Positions 1-7,918 are shown, counted from the stretch's first letter. The stretch is 64,000 nt of DNA from a virus (IMGVR_UViG_3300030104_002647:1007-65006), one strand, 5' to 3'. The notes: generated from the letters alone by a model not told the origin. Program-made: numbers and translations.

Positions 1-85
1 TTCTGTCTAGTATAGTTTCAATGCTGACATGGTATGGAGTAATGGTTTCTTTAATATTTTTAAAGATTGTTATATTTTGTGTCAT
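1..85 (-). CDS. N-terminus of probable primase(-helicase), runs off window start
   Basis: ATG at 85-83 reads MTQNITIFKNIKETITPYHVSIETILDR, open to the edge. Resembles the VirE_N/BT4734-like N-terminus of Bacteroidota phage primases and probably joins the truncated ORF at the window end. Confidence 0.6.
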   Translation of the reverse strand, partial: MTQNITIFKNIKETITPYHVSIETILDR

Positions 86-89
86 ATTA

Positions 90-250
90 ATGTTGATTTT
101 ATGTTGATTTTTTATTTATAACTCGTTGATTATCAATAGTTGTGTTGAAAATGTTATATATATTATTAATTTAAGATAAAAAAAAACAAAAAAAAATAAA
201 TAAAAACTATATAGCTGTATAGAGACTGCTAAAATTGACATTTCAACACA
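90..250. repeat. TGTTGA iteron-like repeats with IHF-like site (candidate origin A)
   Basis: ATGTTGATTTT x2, TGTTGAAAATGTT, inverted TTTCAACACA at 241-250. Reverse complement of 119-131 matches WATCAANNNNTTR. Confidence 0.5.
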
Positions 251-261
251 AAAAAAAGCTG

Positions 262-284
262 AAAAAAGGAGGACGAATCCTCCT
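262..284 (-). terminator. Intrinsic terminator after SSB
   Basis: Minus strand AGGAGGA-UUCG-UCCUCCU followed by a U run. Confidence 0.85.
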
Positions 285-304
285 AATTTCTATCAAAAAC
301 TAAA

Positions 305-568
305 CTAAAAAGGAAGGTCATTGCTAACAGCTTTAGCTACCGGCTCTGACGCTTCTTCTTCTTTTACATAAGGTGTTTGAACCTTAATACTTATGTACTT
401 ATCTCCTGATTGAGTAGTTGATACCCATCCGGCAAGTTCCCATTGAACTCCGTCAGGTGTACAGCATCCACCTTTGTAATCAGGTTGTGAATCTTTTTCT
501 TTGTATTGGTTTTTAAATAGACTCCCACTCGATGCTTTGTGTACGTATTTCTTTTCTTGGTCTGACAT
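305..568 (-). CDS. Phage single-stranded DNA-binding protein
   Basis: GSLFKN..K....PDYKG...LAGW...YISIK motif, acidic tail ending DLPF, next to the Exo/SSAP pair. Confidence 0.7.
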   Translation of the reverse strand: MSDQEKKYVHKASSGSLFKNQYKEKDSQPDYKGGCCTPDGVQWELAGWVSTTQSGDKYISIKVQTPYVKEEEASEPVAKAVSNDLPF

Positions 569-737
569 GATTTTTAATTTTAATATTTCGTTCCAAATGA
601 TTAATTGTTGAGATGATTATATTAGTTTTCTCATCTGTACTATCAGCAGTCATCGGAACTTGAACCCACATGATAGTACCTTTAGGAGTTCTTCTTGGAA
701 GAATATTCCTAATTTTTTTAAATAGTTTTTTTAACAT
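513..737 (-). CDS. Hypothetical protein
   Basis: ORF filling the operon between the exonuclease and SSB genes. Confidence 0.5.
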   Translation of the reverse strand: MLKKLFKKIRNILPRRTPKGTIMWVQVPMTADSTDEKTNIIISTINHLERNIKIKNHVRPRKEIRTQSIEWESI

Positions 738-1458
738 AATAATTATTTATATCCTCTACTGAAACATCTTTGTTAGCAAAGAATTGATTATATATATTTA
801 CAGCTTGTTTAACTTTATCTTCGCCTTTTGCAAGAGCTATATCGCTAGTCTCAAACAATCCGCATATACCAAATCTTTCAGCACTTTTATCTATTACTAT
901 AAAGATAACAGGTTTTCCAAAAAGGTGTTGGTATATATATGCTTGGCTGTCGTAATTATAATAATAACTATTAATATGAAATTTAGATATATCGCTTGTG
1001 CTTTTTAAATCTATAACGTACTCGTCAGATATAATATCTGCTTTTCCCTTCCACTCTACCCCAAACAATTCTTTTATCTGTGGTTGTTCGTATACATTTT
1101 TTGGATTTTTTATCATGCTGAAAAGCTCTATGTTTTCAAACAGGATATCTACAAGCATTTCACATTCATCAGCTTCCTTTTGTAATAACCTTATATTACC
1201 ATCCTCACATGCTTCCTTATAAACTTTTGTGTTACGGCTTGATGCATCTACTATATCAAAGTTTTTTGCCTTCTCCGGCTCTAAAATTAATTGATGAAAG
1301 TATCTACCGTATAAAAAATTTTTATTGTCAGGTTGCTCTTGCATAAACAATTTGGGATGAGTTAGTAGTTGACTAATGTTTGAATTAGACAAATACTTAC
1401 GACCAATTCCGTTATAATATTCTTGGTCGTCTTTAAGTTTCTCGATTATATCTCTCAT
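718..1458 (-). CDS. PD-(D/E)XK exonuclease (RecE/ExoVIII-like)
   Basis: LSNS, G..FH...LEP, KGKADI, IDLKS, Y..QAY.Y motifs. Confidence 0.8.
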   Translation of the reverse strand: MRDIIEKLKDDQEYYNGIGRKYLSNSNISQLLTHPKLFMQEQPDNKNFLYGRYFHQLILEPEKAKNFDIVDASSRNTKVYKEACEDGNIRLLQKEADECEMLVDILFENIELFSMIKNPKNVYEQPQIKELFGVEWKGKADIISDEYVIDLKSTSDISKFHINSYYYNYDSQAYIYQHLFGKPVIFIVIDKSAERFGICGLFETSDIALAKGEDKVKQAVNIYNQFFANKDVSVEDINNYYVKKTI

Positions 1459-2009
1459 ACTAACTCCTTAAAGTTCTTAGCAATTGCTTCTGTATAATCT
1501 TCATCGATTTCGTACATTTTTCTTAGCTCTGTACCGCACCACTTTAAACCTTTGGATTTATTTTTTGCAATAAACTCTAAAGCAACAGCATAATTATCAC
1601 CAAGCTGAATTGAAGGTAGCTTTGTAACTTGATTGAAATGTACAGCTTGTTTATTTGGAGATGAATTTAGTTTAGCATTAGCAACTTCTTCATAAGATGC
1701 TACTGCCGTATCTAATCCAATACCTAGATTACCTAAAGCTCTACCCCATGCTGATGTCTCACAATTTTCTACATATGAAGTTTTATTAATAAAGCTGCTG
1801 CCTTTGACTTCTTCAGCCAATCCGGTAGCTATTACTTTACCTTCCTCATTAGTGATTACTGCTTTTAACATAATAGAGTTGTCGGTTTTTTCGACTACCT
1901 CAGTTATTAAAGAATGATTTTTATAATTAGTTCTGAAATACTTTAATCTTTCGTGAACTTCAACGTATTTTTTTCCTTTTACGTCAATAGTTTTTAATTT
2001 TTTACTCAT
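1455..2009 (-). CDS. Single-strand annealing protein (Rad52/Sak-like)
   Basis: KGKKYV.V.ERL and ENCETSAWGRALGNLGIG motifs; adjacent to the exonuclease. Confidence 0.7.
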   Translation of the reverse strand: MSKKLKTIDVKGKKYVEVHERLKYFRTNYKNHSLITEVVEKTDNSIMLKAVITNEEGKVIATGLAEEVKGSSFINKTSYVENCETSAWGRALGNLGIGLDTAVASYEEVANAKLNSSPNKQAVHFNQVTKLPSIQLGDNYAVALEFIAKNKSKGLKWCGTELRKMYEIDEDYTEAIAKNFKELV

Positions 2010-2015
2010 AATATT

Positions 2016-2420
2016 TTATTTAAGTTGATTTAATTTTTGTGAAACTTTCGTAAACCTTTGCATAATCCTCTCACGATTTGCTTTGAGACTTTGAATATGC
2101 TTTGCGTTCTTGCGGGAGTTCACTTCATCCCTTATTTTATTTTCTATTATCTCTAGCTTTGAACGATAATTAGACAAAGCTAATGAAAATACTCCATATC
2201 GCCACCCTTTTTCAAAAAAACTTTCTAAATTTTTTTCCGGTACTAGAGTATAATAATCCCCACCCTTTGTGGTATTATGTATATTAATTTTGCCTGTTAT
2301 GTTTACTTTTTCAATACGAATCCCATATAATATATTGGCTTCATATCCATCTCCATCAAGTGATGCTGTATAGTCATCATCTTTTGCTTGTTGAAATATG
2401 TTTTCTAAAGTGAAACGCAT
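2016..2420 (-). CDS. Hypothetical protein
   Basis: 134 aa ORF in operon with coiled-coil-like C-terminus. Confidence 0.7.
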   Translation of the reverse strand: MRFTLENIFQQAKDDDYTASLDGDGYEANILYGIRIEKVNITGKINIHNTTKGGDYYTLVPEKNLESFFEKGWRYGVFSLALSNYRSKLEIIENKIRDEVNSRKNAKHIQSLKANRERIMQRFTKVSQKLNQLK

Positions 2421-2713
2421 TCTTCAATACTTTGACACACTTTTACAAAATCTTTATCTCTTACTTTTGATTCTTTTACAGCATGTATTCCATGAATGAT
2501 TGATGAGTGTCCTATATCATAGCCGCTCTCCTTCATAAATTGTTCGATGAAGGTTAACTTCATGGGTCTATTTTTACATAGATAATACAACATGTGCCTT
2601 GCATCTACAATCGCTCTAGTTTTATCTTTTGAAAATAATTTATCAGTTGTAATATTGTGAACTTCTGCTACTTTTTGAGCATACTTATTGAATATTTCTT
2701 TTTTATAATTCAT
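2405..2713 (-). CDS. DnaA C-terminal (domain IV)-like HTH protein
   Basis: VAEVHNI...LFSK.K.R.IVDARHM.YYLC...GHSSIIHG resembles DnaA domain IV. Confidence 0.65.
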   Translation of the reverse strand: MNYKKEIFNKYAQKVAEVHNITTDKLFSKDKTRAIVDARHMLYYLCKNRPMKLTFIEQFMKESGYDIGHSSIIHGIHAVKESKVRDKDFVKVCQSIEECVSL

Positions 2714-2840
2714 TTATATTTAATTTGATTAAAAAATTTAAAGGGGGAGAAACAAAAACATTTAATATTATGGAACGCTCTTATACATCCCTCTAGATTA
2801 ATAATAACAAACTCCCCCTCTAAACCAACATTATGAAACA

Positions 2841-2848
2841 CAAATATA
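2841..2848 (-). promoter_or_regulatory. Bacteroidota-type -7 promoter element TATATTTG
   Basis: Intergenic match to TAnnTTTG upstream of the replication/recombination operon. Confidence 0.6.
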
Positions 2849-2856
2849 GTCATTGT

Positions 2857-3180
2857 TTATTTCTTGTCCAAATTTTCTCGAGCAATAATCAATAAAATTA
2901 TATACCCACACAAGTCAAACAATGTGTCCTCAGTTTCATCGGACAAACCTTTGTTTCTAATTCTAGCCAACTTGTCGTCTATCCTTGCAGATAGTCCTTC
3001 GATAGCATTAGCTTTAGAAAAAATATTAAGTGGAGTAAGTGCAGAGTTACCATAAGCTGTATTTTTGTCTAACAGCATCTTGTAAACTTTTGCAGTTACA
3101 TCTTTTATTTTGTCGGTATTCGGATTTACCTTTTTTTTCGCCTTTAGGATTTCTTTACCCTCGTTCATGTAGTGATTCAT
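2857..3180 (-). CDS. Nucleotide modification-associated domain (DUF1599/Nmad1-like) protein
   Basis: KN.AYGNS...RIDDKLARI...DTL.DL.GY.ILL pattern. Confidence 0.7.
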   Translation of the reverse strand: MNHYMNEGKEILKAKKKVNPNTDKIKDVTAKVYKMLLDKNTAYGNSALTPLNIFSKANAIEGLSARIDDKLARIRNKGLSDETEDTLFDLCGYIILLIIARENLDKK

Positions 3181-3575
3181 TGATTTGTAGCGTCTTTAAT
3201 GTAGGGAGCTGTAATATGTGATGCTATAAGGTTATACAAAATTTTCTCCCCCTCTGCTTTAGATAAACAAGTGTGATAGTTATTATAATATCTGATATAA
3301 TATTTTTTACCTATTTGTTGTAACAGCATAGACCCTACATATCTGAAGATATATTCAGCATCTTTTTCTACCTCTAATCCCATGTCAATCAATGCGATAT
3401 CTCTTTTATGATAGTTATCCATGTACGATTTATATTTCATTTTTCTACCTGTCGCTTTAAACTTAGTAAGAGACATAGGTTTTTTACCTTCATATTGTTG
3501 TATCTTTTGGATATAACTTTTGTTAGGTTTTTTTTGTAGCTTTTCTGTAAGCACTTCGTGATTTAGTATATTCAT
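3177..3575 (-). CDS. Hypothetical protein
   Basis: 132 aa ORF, translationally coupled to the next gene. Confidence 0.7.
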   Translation of the reverse strand: MNILNHEVLTEKLQKKPNKSYIQKIQQYEGKKPMSLTKFKATGRKMKYKSYMDNYHKRDIALIDMGLEVEKDAEYIFRYVGSMLLQQIGKKYYIRYYNNYHTCLSKAEGEKILYNLIASHITAPYIKDATNQ

Positions 3576-3582
3576 ATTTTAT

Positions 3583-3765
3583 TTATTTTAATGCGTCTGT
3601 ACTCTTTACCCACCAATGTCCATCGATGAGTTTTTTTTCAACATCTCCCCAATGATTCTTTACCTTGTCAGACAGGTGTCTGTGGAGGTGAAGTCGGAGC
3701 TTTCGATTCTGCTCCTTCTCGTTGAGGTATAGTTGAAATATTTTTTTGTCCTTTTCTATTGACAT
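3583..3765 (-). CDS. Hypothetical protein
   Basis: 60 aa ORF in operon. Confidence 0.55.
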   Translation of the reverse strand: MSIEKDKKIFQLYLNEKEQNRKLRLHLHRHLSDKVKNHWGDVEKKLIDGHWWVKSTDALK

Positions 3766-3916
3766 TTAATTTTAATTTTTTATGGTCAACAAAACGCTTT
3801 TTGTGATTAACCTTGCCACTATATTTGAAGTAGCAGTCTAGGTCAATCACATTGCGTTTGCGTACCTTATTAATCTCCTTTTGTATACGGAGAAACTTGA
3901 TTATTTGTTTGGTCAT
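3668..3916 (-). CDS. Hypothetical basic protein
   Basis: ORF in operon direction, but about 100 nt overlap with the next gene. Confidence 0.45.
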   Translation of the reverse strand: MTKQIIKFLRIQKEINKVRKRNVIDLDCYFKYSGKVNHKKRFVDHKKLKLNVNRKGQKNISTIPQREGAESKAPTSPPQTPV

Positions 3917-4003
3917 ATCTTACTACGAATCCAAATGTAAATTAGGCACAAAATTGCACCCATGAAAGATACAAAGGTAGCAATATATTTGTCTCTCATT
4001 TTA

Positions 4004-4273
4004 TTACTCATTTCTTTCAAAGATTGTATGGTCTTCAATATTTCTTTCAACCCTAAGTTTTAGTGAGGTGAGAATCAAGTCCTCAATCTCATCATACTTC
4101 TTGTTAAAGAACTCCTGAGCTTCATCAGTATACTCGGTGCATATCACCTTGCCTGTTTCTAAATGCTTGACTTCTTTGATAGTGTTCATTCCAAATTTCA
4201 TAGTTGTAACTTCACATGCTAAGTCAGAAACTAATTCAATTAGTTTTTCGTTTTCAATAAATAATCTCATCAT
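4004..4273 (-). CDS. Hypothetical protein
   Basis: 89 aa ORF with AAATATTATG start context. Confidence 0.7.
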   Translation of the reverse strand: MMRLFIENEKLIELVSDLACEVTTMKFGMNTIKEVKHLETGKVICTEYTDEAQEFFNKKYDEIEDLILTSLKLRVERNIEDHTIFERNE

Positions 4274-4382
4274 AATATTTAAATTTAAATTAATAATAAT
4301 AGGCAGAGAGTAGGGCTACGTTAAACAACTGCGTGGGTTAGCTCTCTTTTAAAAGTTCCGCTCCTTTACTTACCTAAGTTTT

Positions 4383-4410
4383 TTGTAACACCTGTGTTAC
4401 AAGTGTTACA
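4383..4410. repeat. Inverted repeat TTGTAACAC-CT-GTGTTACAA plus extra GTGTTACA half-site
   Basis: Perfect 9-bp arms at 4383-4402, third half-site at 4403-4410. Confidence 0.7.
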
Positions 4411-4788
4411 TTAGTCAATCAGTTCTATATCTAATGTACTTATTTCATCCTCCTCACTATCCTCATCAACTAGCCATGCCGGAAGACTATCTCTCTCTTC
4501 ATACATGCCGTCTAATGTATAGCTAATTTGATTGTGTTCAATAAGGTCTTGAATAAATCTATTACCCCAATATTGAATGTCTTCGTGGTCGGAGAACATC
4601 CACTCTGCAAACCTTTTGCGAGTAATTGTGTATCTCTTTTTTGCATGTGATTTTGTTACATGCTCTTCCACTTGCTTTAAGTAATCTTCCCATGAATAAG
4701 GAACACCCTTAACACCGCCAACATCAGCGTTATATAATTCTCTGTGTCTCTTTTTTTGCTCGAGACCGAGCCATCTTTTTTCTCTCAT
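4411..4788 (-). CDS. Hypothetical protein
   Basis: 125 aa ORF with AAATATTATG start context and acidic tail. Confidence 0.7.
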   Translation of the reverse strand: MREKRWLGLEQKKRHRELYNADVGGVKGVPYSWEDYLKQVEEHVTKSHAKKRYTITRKRFAEWMFSDHEDIQYWGNRFIQDLIEHNQISYTLDGMYEERDSLPAWLVDEDSEEDEISTLDIELID

Positions 4789-4799
4789 AATATTTGGTT

Positions 4800-5357
4800 T
4801 TAATTAAAAACTGTTGTCATATAATTGTCAACTGCATTCCCTTCCCTACTATTAGTAATATAGCTTGGAACTGACGTATGGTAGGAGTATTTTGAAATCC
4901 TGTCTAATATCCCATCCAATTCGTTAAATACATTGTAAATTTTTAGAACAGTAATGCTCACATCTTTCCACTCTTTTTCATTACCACCTTTTTGTCGTGT
5001 GGTTTGTATGTGTGCAGTTATGATTCCGCAATCATTTACATCCTCACCGCTGAAACGAATCTTACCTTGCAGATATATTCCTTTGGGGGTGAGAAATTCT
5101 TTGACTATCAGCTCTAGCCAAGCGTAGTAGCCGTAGAACTTTTCTTGGTCTGTCCATTCTAGATAGTGTTCTCCTCCTACCTCGTATATGTTCCACTTCA
5201 GCCAAATACTTGGAGCGTCTTCTCTTCCGGTTGTATATTTGTCATCGTGAATTGTGTGTCTTGGCTCTAGCCAATTGTTGTGGTAGTCGATTAACTCGCT
5301 GTCTGTTAATTTTTTAGACAGTTTCATCCTACCGATAAACTCTGTTGTGTATCCCAT
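4800..5357 (-). CDS. Phage hypothetical protein (MGYTT.F.G type)
   Basis: MGYTTEFIG...EKFY.Y..WL...G.I...GED pattern recalled from phage early genes; AAACATTATG start context. Confidence 0.7.
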   Translation of the reverse strand: MGYTTEFIGRMKLSKKLTDSELIDYHNNWLEPRHTIHDDKYTTGREDAPSIWLKWNIYEVGGEHYLEWTDQEKFYGYYAWLELIVKEFLTPKGIYLQGKIRFSGEDVNDCGIITAHIQTTRQKGGNEKEWKDVSITVLKIYNVFNELDGILDRISKYSYHTSVPSYITNSREGNAVDNYMTTVFN

Positions 5358-5420
5358 AATGTTTGGATTTAATTAATATTTAATTTAGTGAACACTTTGA
5401 AATCTTGTTCAGGATTATAG

Positions 5421-5540
5421 AACGCAGACGAGGATTCGAACCTCATTTTATTAACCTAACGTCATGTGTCAAATTAGTAAGGTAGTTATGATTCTCCTTA
5501 CCTATAACCACTTCCGAGCACCATGCTATCATCTGCGTTT
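5421..5540 (-). ncRNA. tRNA-like structured RNA (acceptor stem + T-arm, non-canonical body)
   Basis: ACGCAGA/UCUGCGU acceptor-like stem directly after UGAGG-UUCGAAU-CCUCG T-arm. The interior of about 85 nt has extra helices. No encoded CCA. Confidence 0.7.
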
Positions 5541-5546
5541 CAATTG

Positions 5547-5578
5547 CAATATTACGAATTAATAATTTAATAAACAAA
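5547..5578 (-). promoter_or_regulatory. Putative promoter for the tRNA-like RNA
   Basis: TTTG-N20-TAATATTG (one mismatch to TAnnTTTG), ending about 6 nt before the RNA. Confidence 0.55.
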
Positions 5579-5596
5579 TTTTAGACGAACTATTTT

Positions 5597-6319
5597 TTAT
5601 TTCTCCGGTTTATAATTAGGATTTGGAGCGTTCTCAGTCGTTAAAACTTGTAACATTATTGCATCCATAAACTGCTCTAAAATGTACCCAAACTTGTCAT
5701 CAAAATTGTGGTCTTCTCGCCAATTGTGTAGCCACCTTTTAAAGTCATTAAGCACCTTATAATCAGTCATATATCTGCTTATCCAAGACAGCATTCTCTC
5801 ATAGTATTCAGTAACTACATACTCGTCATGGACGGTACAATTACCACCACAATAGGAGCAATCTTCTGCAATCTCATCATAATCTTGGTCATCATCATGC
5901 GAATTATAACATCTGCTAGACTCCCAACCACTTCCACCGCACTCACAACAATCCGTAAATCGTTCCTCAATCACATTGCAGTTTCCGTTGTTGAAGTAGT
6001 CGTAATAGAATCTATTAGCTACTCGAATCAGCTCACCATGAATGGTCTCAGCTTCCGCAGAAGATGGAACTAGCTTTTTATACAGCTCGTTATGTTCTTT
6101 TTGGTAAGCTCCTTCATCGTTCCAATACCTTTTGCCTAGCGGTGTTGATTTACCCTGATGCTCTGCTGTTTTTTCCATCCAAGCCATCCAATCGACTAAT
6201 ATTTTACGAGCATCGATTTTGCTCATACCGAATCTGCGTTGTAGGTAGGGGGTCGCACCTAGCATATTTGTCTCCCCTGACATCTGCAAATCGCAGAGGT
6301 AATTAAAATGTGTGTTCAT
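5597..6319 (-). CDS. Early protein with DnaJ-type CxxCxG zinc-finger insert
   Basis: CCECGGSG...CSYCGGNC motifs; appears to be a multi-domain fusion. Confidence 0.7.
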   Translation of the reverse strand: MNTHFNYLCDLQMSGETNMLGATPYLQRRFGMSKIDARKILVDWMAWMEKTAEHQGKSTPLGKRYWNDEGAYQKEHNELYKKLVPSSAEAETIHGELIRVANRFYYDYFNNGNCNVIEERFTDCCECGGSGWESSRCYNSHDDDQDYDEIAEDCSYCGGNCTVHDEYVVTEYYERMLSWISRYMTDYKVLNDFKRWLHNWREDHNFDDKFGYILEQFMDAIMLQVLTTENAPNPNYKPEK

Positions 6320-6345
6320 AATGTTTACATTTTTAATTAATAAAT

Positions 6346-6394
6346 CTGTTTCGACCTTTTGGTCTCATCAGCGATAGTACACACTACCGGACAG
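6346..6394 (-). ncRNA. Hammerhead ribozyme, type III (HHR1)
   Basis: CUGUC^CGGUAGU-GUGU-ACUAUCG-CUGAUGA-GACC-AAAA-GGUC-GAAA-CAG. Full core, predicted cut at 6390/6389. Confidence 0.93.
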
Positions 6395-6434
6395 GAGCAG
6401 TTTAAAATCATGCTCAGGATTACACTTACTGAAT

Positions 6435-6845
6435 CTACTCTACGCAGTAGCCATCTTCATCGACTTCTACGACAAAGTAATCTGAGTGATTATCGACTAG
6501 CTCCGCAAGGGTTTCATCATCAATATCATCAATCATATCATCGGATAAGATATCTGAAGATATGGAGGTGTTAAATAACATTCCATCTTCAAACATACTC
6601 TGAACCTCTGACATCATTTCATATTCATCGGTGAACAGCTCATCACAAGGGTAATACGCTCCTTTGTCTGCGTCTCTTCTATCGGTGATAATGTAGATAT
6701 CAAATCCATCTTTTGAAGTTTCACACAGAATGTGAATCTCTGTTGATTGGTGATAGGGGGTCTCGATTGAACTTCCAAATACATCTTTTAAAATGGTTTC
6801 AATTCCCATATCTCGAAGCTCTTGAATTTTTACTTTTTTTCTCAT
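6435..6845 (-). CDS. Acidic hypothetical protein
   Basis: 136 aa, D/E-rich. Confidence 0.75.
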   Translation of the reverse strand: MRKKVKIQELRDMGIETILKDVFGSSIETPYHQSTEIHILCETSKDGFDIYIITDRRDADKGAYYPCDELFTDEYEMMSEVQSMFEDGMLFNTSISSDILSDDMIDDIDDETLAELVDNHSDYFVVEVDEDGYCVE

Positions 6846-6846
6846 T

Positions 6847-7080
6847 TTAGTTTTGATTTAAATTAGACATTCTTTCTTTATGCTCTGCATACAATAGAGC
6901 GATTATAAGGCACGAACAAAATCCGTACAGGCATACACACGCAATCCAAACAATAACACCGGTAAAAGTGCTTATATCGGTTTTTAGAATGTGGATGAAT
7001 AAATTGCCTACCATAAAAATTATTGGTAAACTGACTAGAGCGTATATTAACGACTCTGAATAAATTAATAGTTTTTTCAT
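6847..7080 (-). CDS. Small two-TM membrane protein
   Basis: Two hydrophobic segments; AAACATTATG start context. Confidence 0.7.
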   Translation of the reverse strand: MKKLLIYSESLIYALVSLPIIFMVGNLFIHILKTDISTFTGVIVWIACVCLYGFCSCLIIALLYAEHKERMSNLNQN

Positions 7081-7105
7081 AATGTTTATTAATTAATTAT
7101 TATTT

Positions 7106-7154
7106 CTGTTTCGTTCTTTTGAACTCATCAGGTAAGGTACACACCTTACGACAG
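7106..7154 (-). ncRNA. Hammerhead ribozyme, type III (HHR2)
   Basis: CUGUC^GUAAGGU-GUGU-ACCUUAC-CUGAUGA-GUUC-AAAA-GAAC-GAAA-CAG. Predicted cut at 7150/7149. Confidence 0.95.
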
Positions 7155-7180
7155 GGGAGCGTTAGCTCCCTTTGTGTTAG

Positions 7181-7417
7181 TTAATTTATTTGTATTCTAC
7201 TTTGTAATATGTTGCGTTCTTCAATTGCTTTTTCAATCTCGTAATCCATTAAACCTTCTAATTGATTTAAGCTGTTATTTAACCTGTTAATATGTGCTAC
7301 ATTTGTGCATATATTTAAATGCCCATTAGCTATTAAAGTTTCATGTTGAAACACTTCTATTCCTCTGTTTTCGGAATCAATTTGTTCTGTAAAATACACT
7401 TCTAGATTATATCTCAT
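7181..7417 (-). CDS. Hypothetical protein
   Basis: 78 aa ORF in the early operon. Confidence 0.7.
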   Translation of the reverse strand: MRYNLEVYFTEQIDSENRGIEVFQHETLIANGHLNICTNVAHINRLNNSLNQLEGLMDYEIEKAIEERNILQSRIQIN

Positions 7418-7421
7418 AATT

Positions 7422-7712
7422 TTATTTATTTAAGTTAGTAAGTTTGTAAATGCCGTCTTTTATTTTCTCTCTAGTTTCTTCTATATATTCGCCTAGAAAA
7501 GCATTTCTATATTTCCCTGTTGTTCTTGAATAATCCCAATAATATTCATCTAATTCAATCGGTTTACTTCCGTTAGGAATAAAGGCAATTATCGAATTAT
7601 AGCTTTGAAAATAGCTACCCTTTTTAGTGTGAATTTTAAATTGATTTGCAACAGGGTTTCCTGAGTTGCTGTAAAAGTTTCGTACTCTGTAAAAATCTTT
7701 TAAATTTTTCAT
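7422..7712 (-). CDS. Phage early protein (FQSY.S.IA / YS.TT.K type)
   Basis: YFQSYNSIIAF...WDYSRTTGKYRN.FL motif recalled from phage early regions. Confidence 0.75.
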   Translation of the reverse strand: MKNLKDFYRVRNFYSNSGNPVANQFKIHTKKGSYFQSYNSIIAFIPNGSKPIELDEYYWDYSRTTGKYRNAFLGEYIEETREKIKDGIYKLTNLNK

Positions 7713-7723
7713 AATGTTTAGTT

Positions 7724-7918
7724 TTAGTTATTATATTCTTCGCAATTCTCATCTCGAAGCTCTTGTATTTCTTGCTCAATAAACGATTCTAATCTGCAAA
7801 CTAGCTCTTGTATATCGTTATCGTTTAATAATTCTTCAGATTCAATTTGTTCTGCCAAGTAGTTGTAAAAACCGCTTTCGTTTCCAAATTCTGAAATGTT
7901 TTGAATTAATTCTCTCAT
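7724..7918 (-). CDS. Small acidic hypothetical protein
   Basis: 64 aa, E-rich; AAACATTATG start context. Confidence 0.7.
   Translation of the reverse strand: MRELIQNISEFGNESGFYNYLAEQIESEELLNDNDIQELVCRLESFIEQEIQELRDENCEEYNN

Noticed and set aside
4306-4346. Pistol ribozyme-like string TAGGGCTACGTTAAA on the plus strand
   Set aside because: The 5' P1 strand and pseudoknot partner are missing, and it is antisense to local transcription.
5421-5540. Canonical tRNA gene
   Set aside because: The T-arm and acceptor stem fit, but the D-arm and anticodon geometry and the 120-nt length do not. Kept as a tRNA-like RNA.
6359-6574. Plus-strand ORF (also 5828-6073, 6064-6306 and minus-strand 7842-8045)
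   Set aside because: These overlap ribozymes or better-supported genes and lack the start-context motif.
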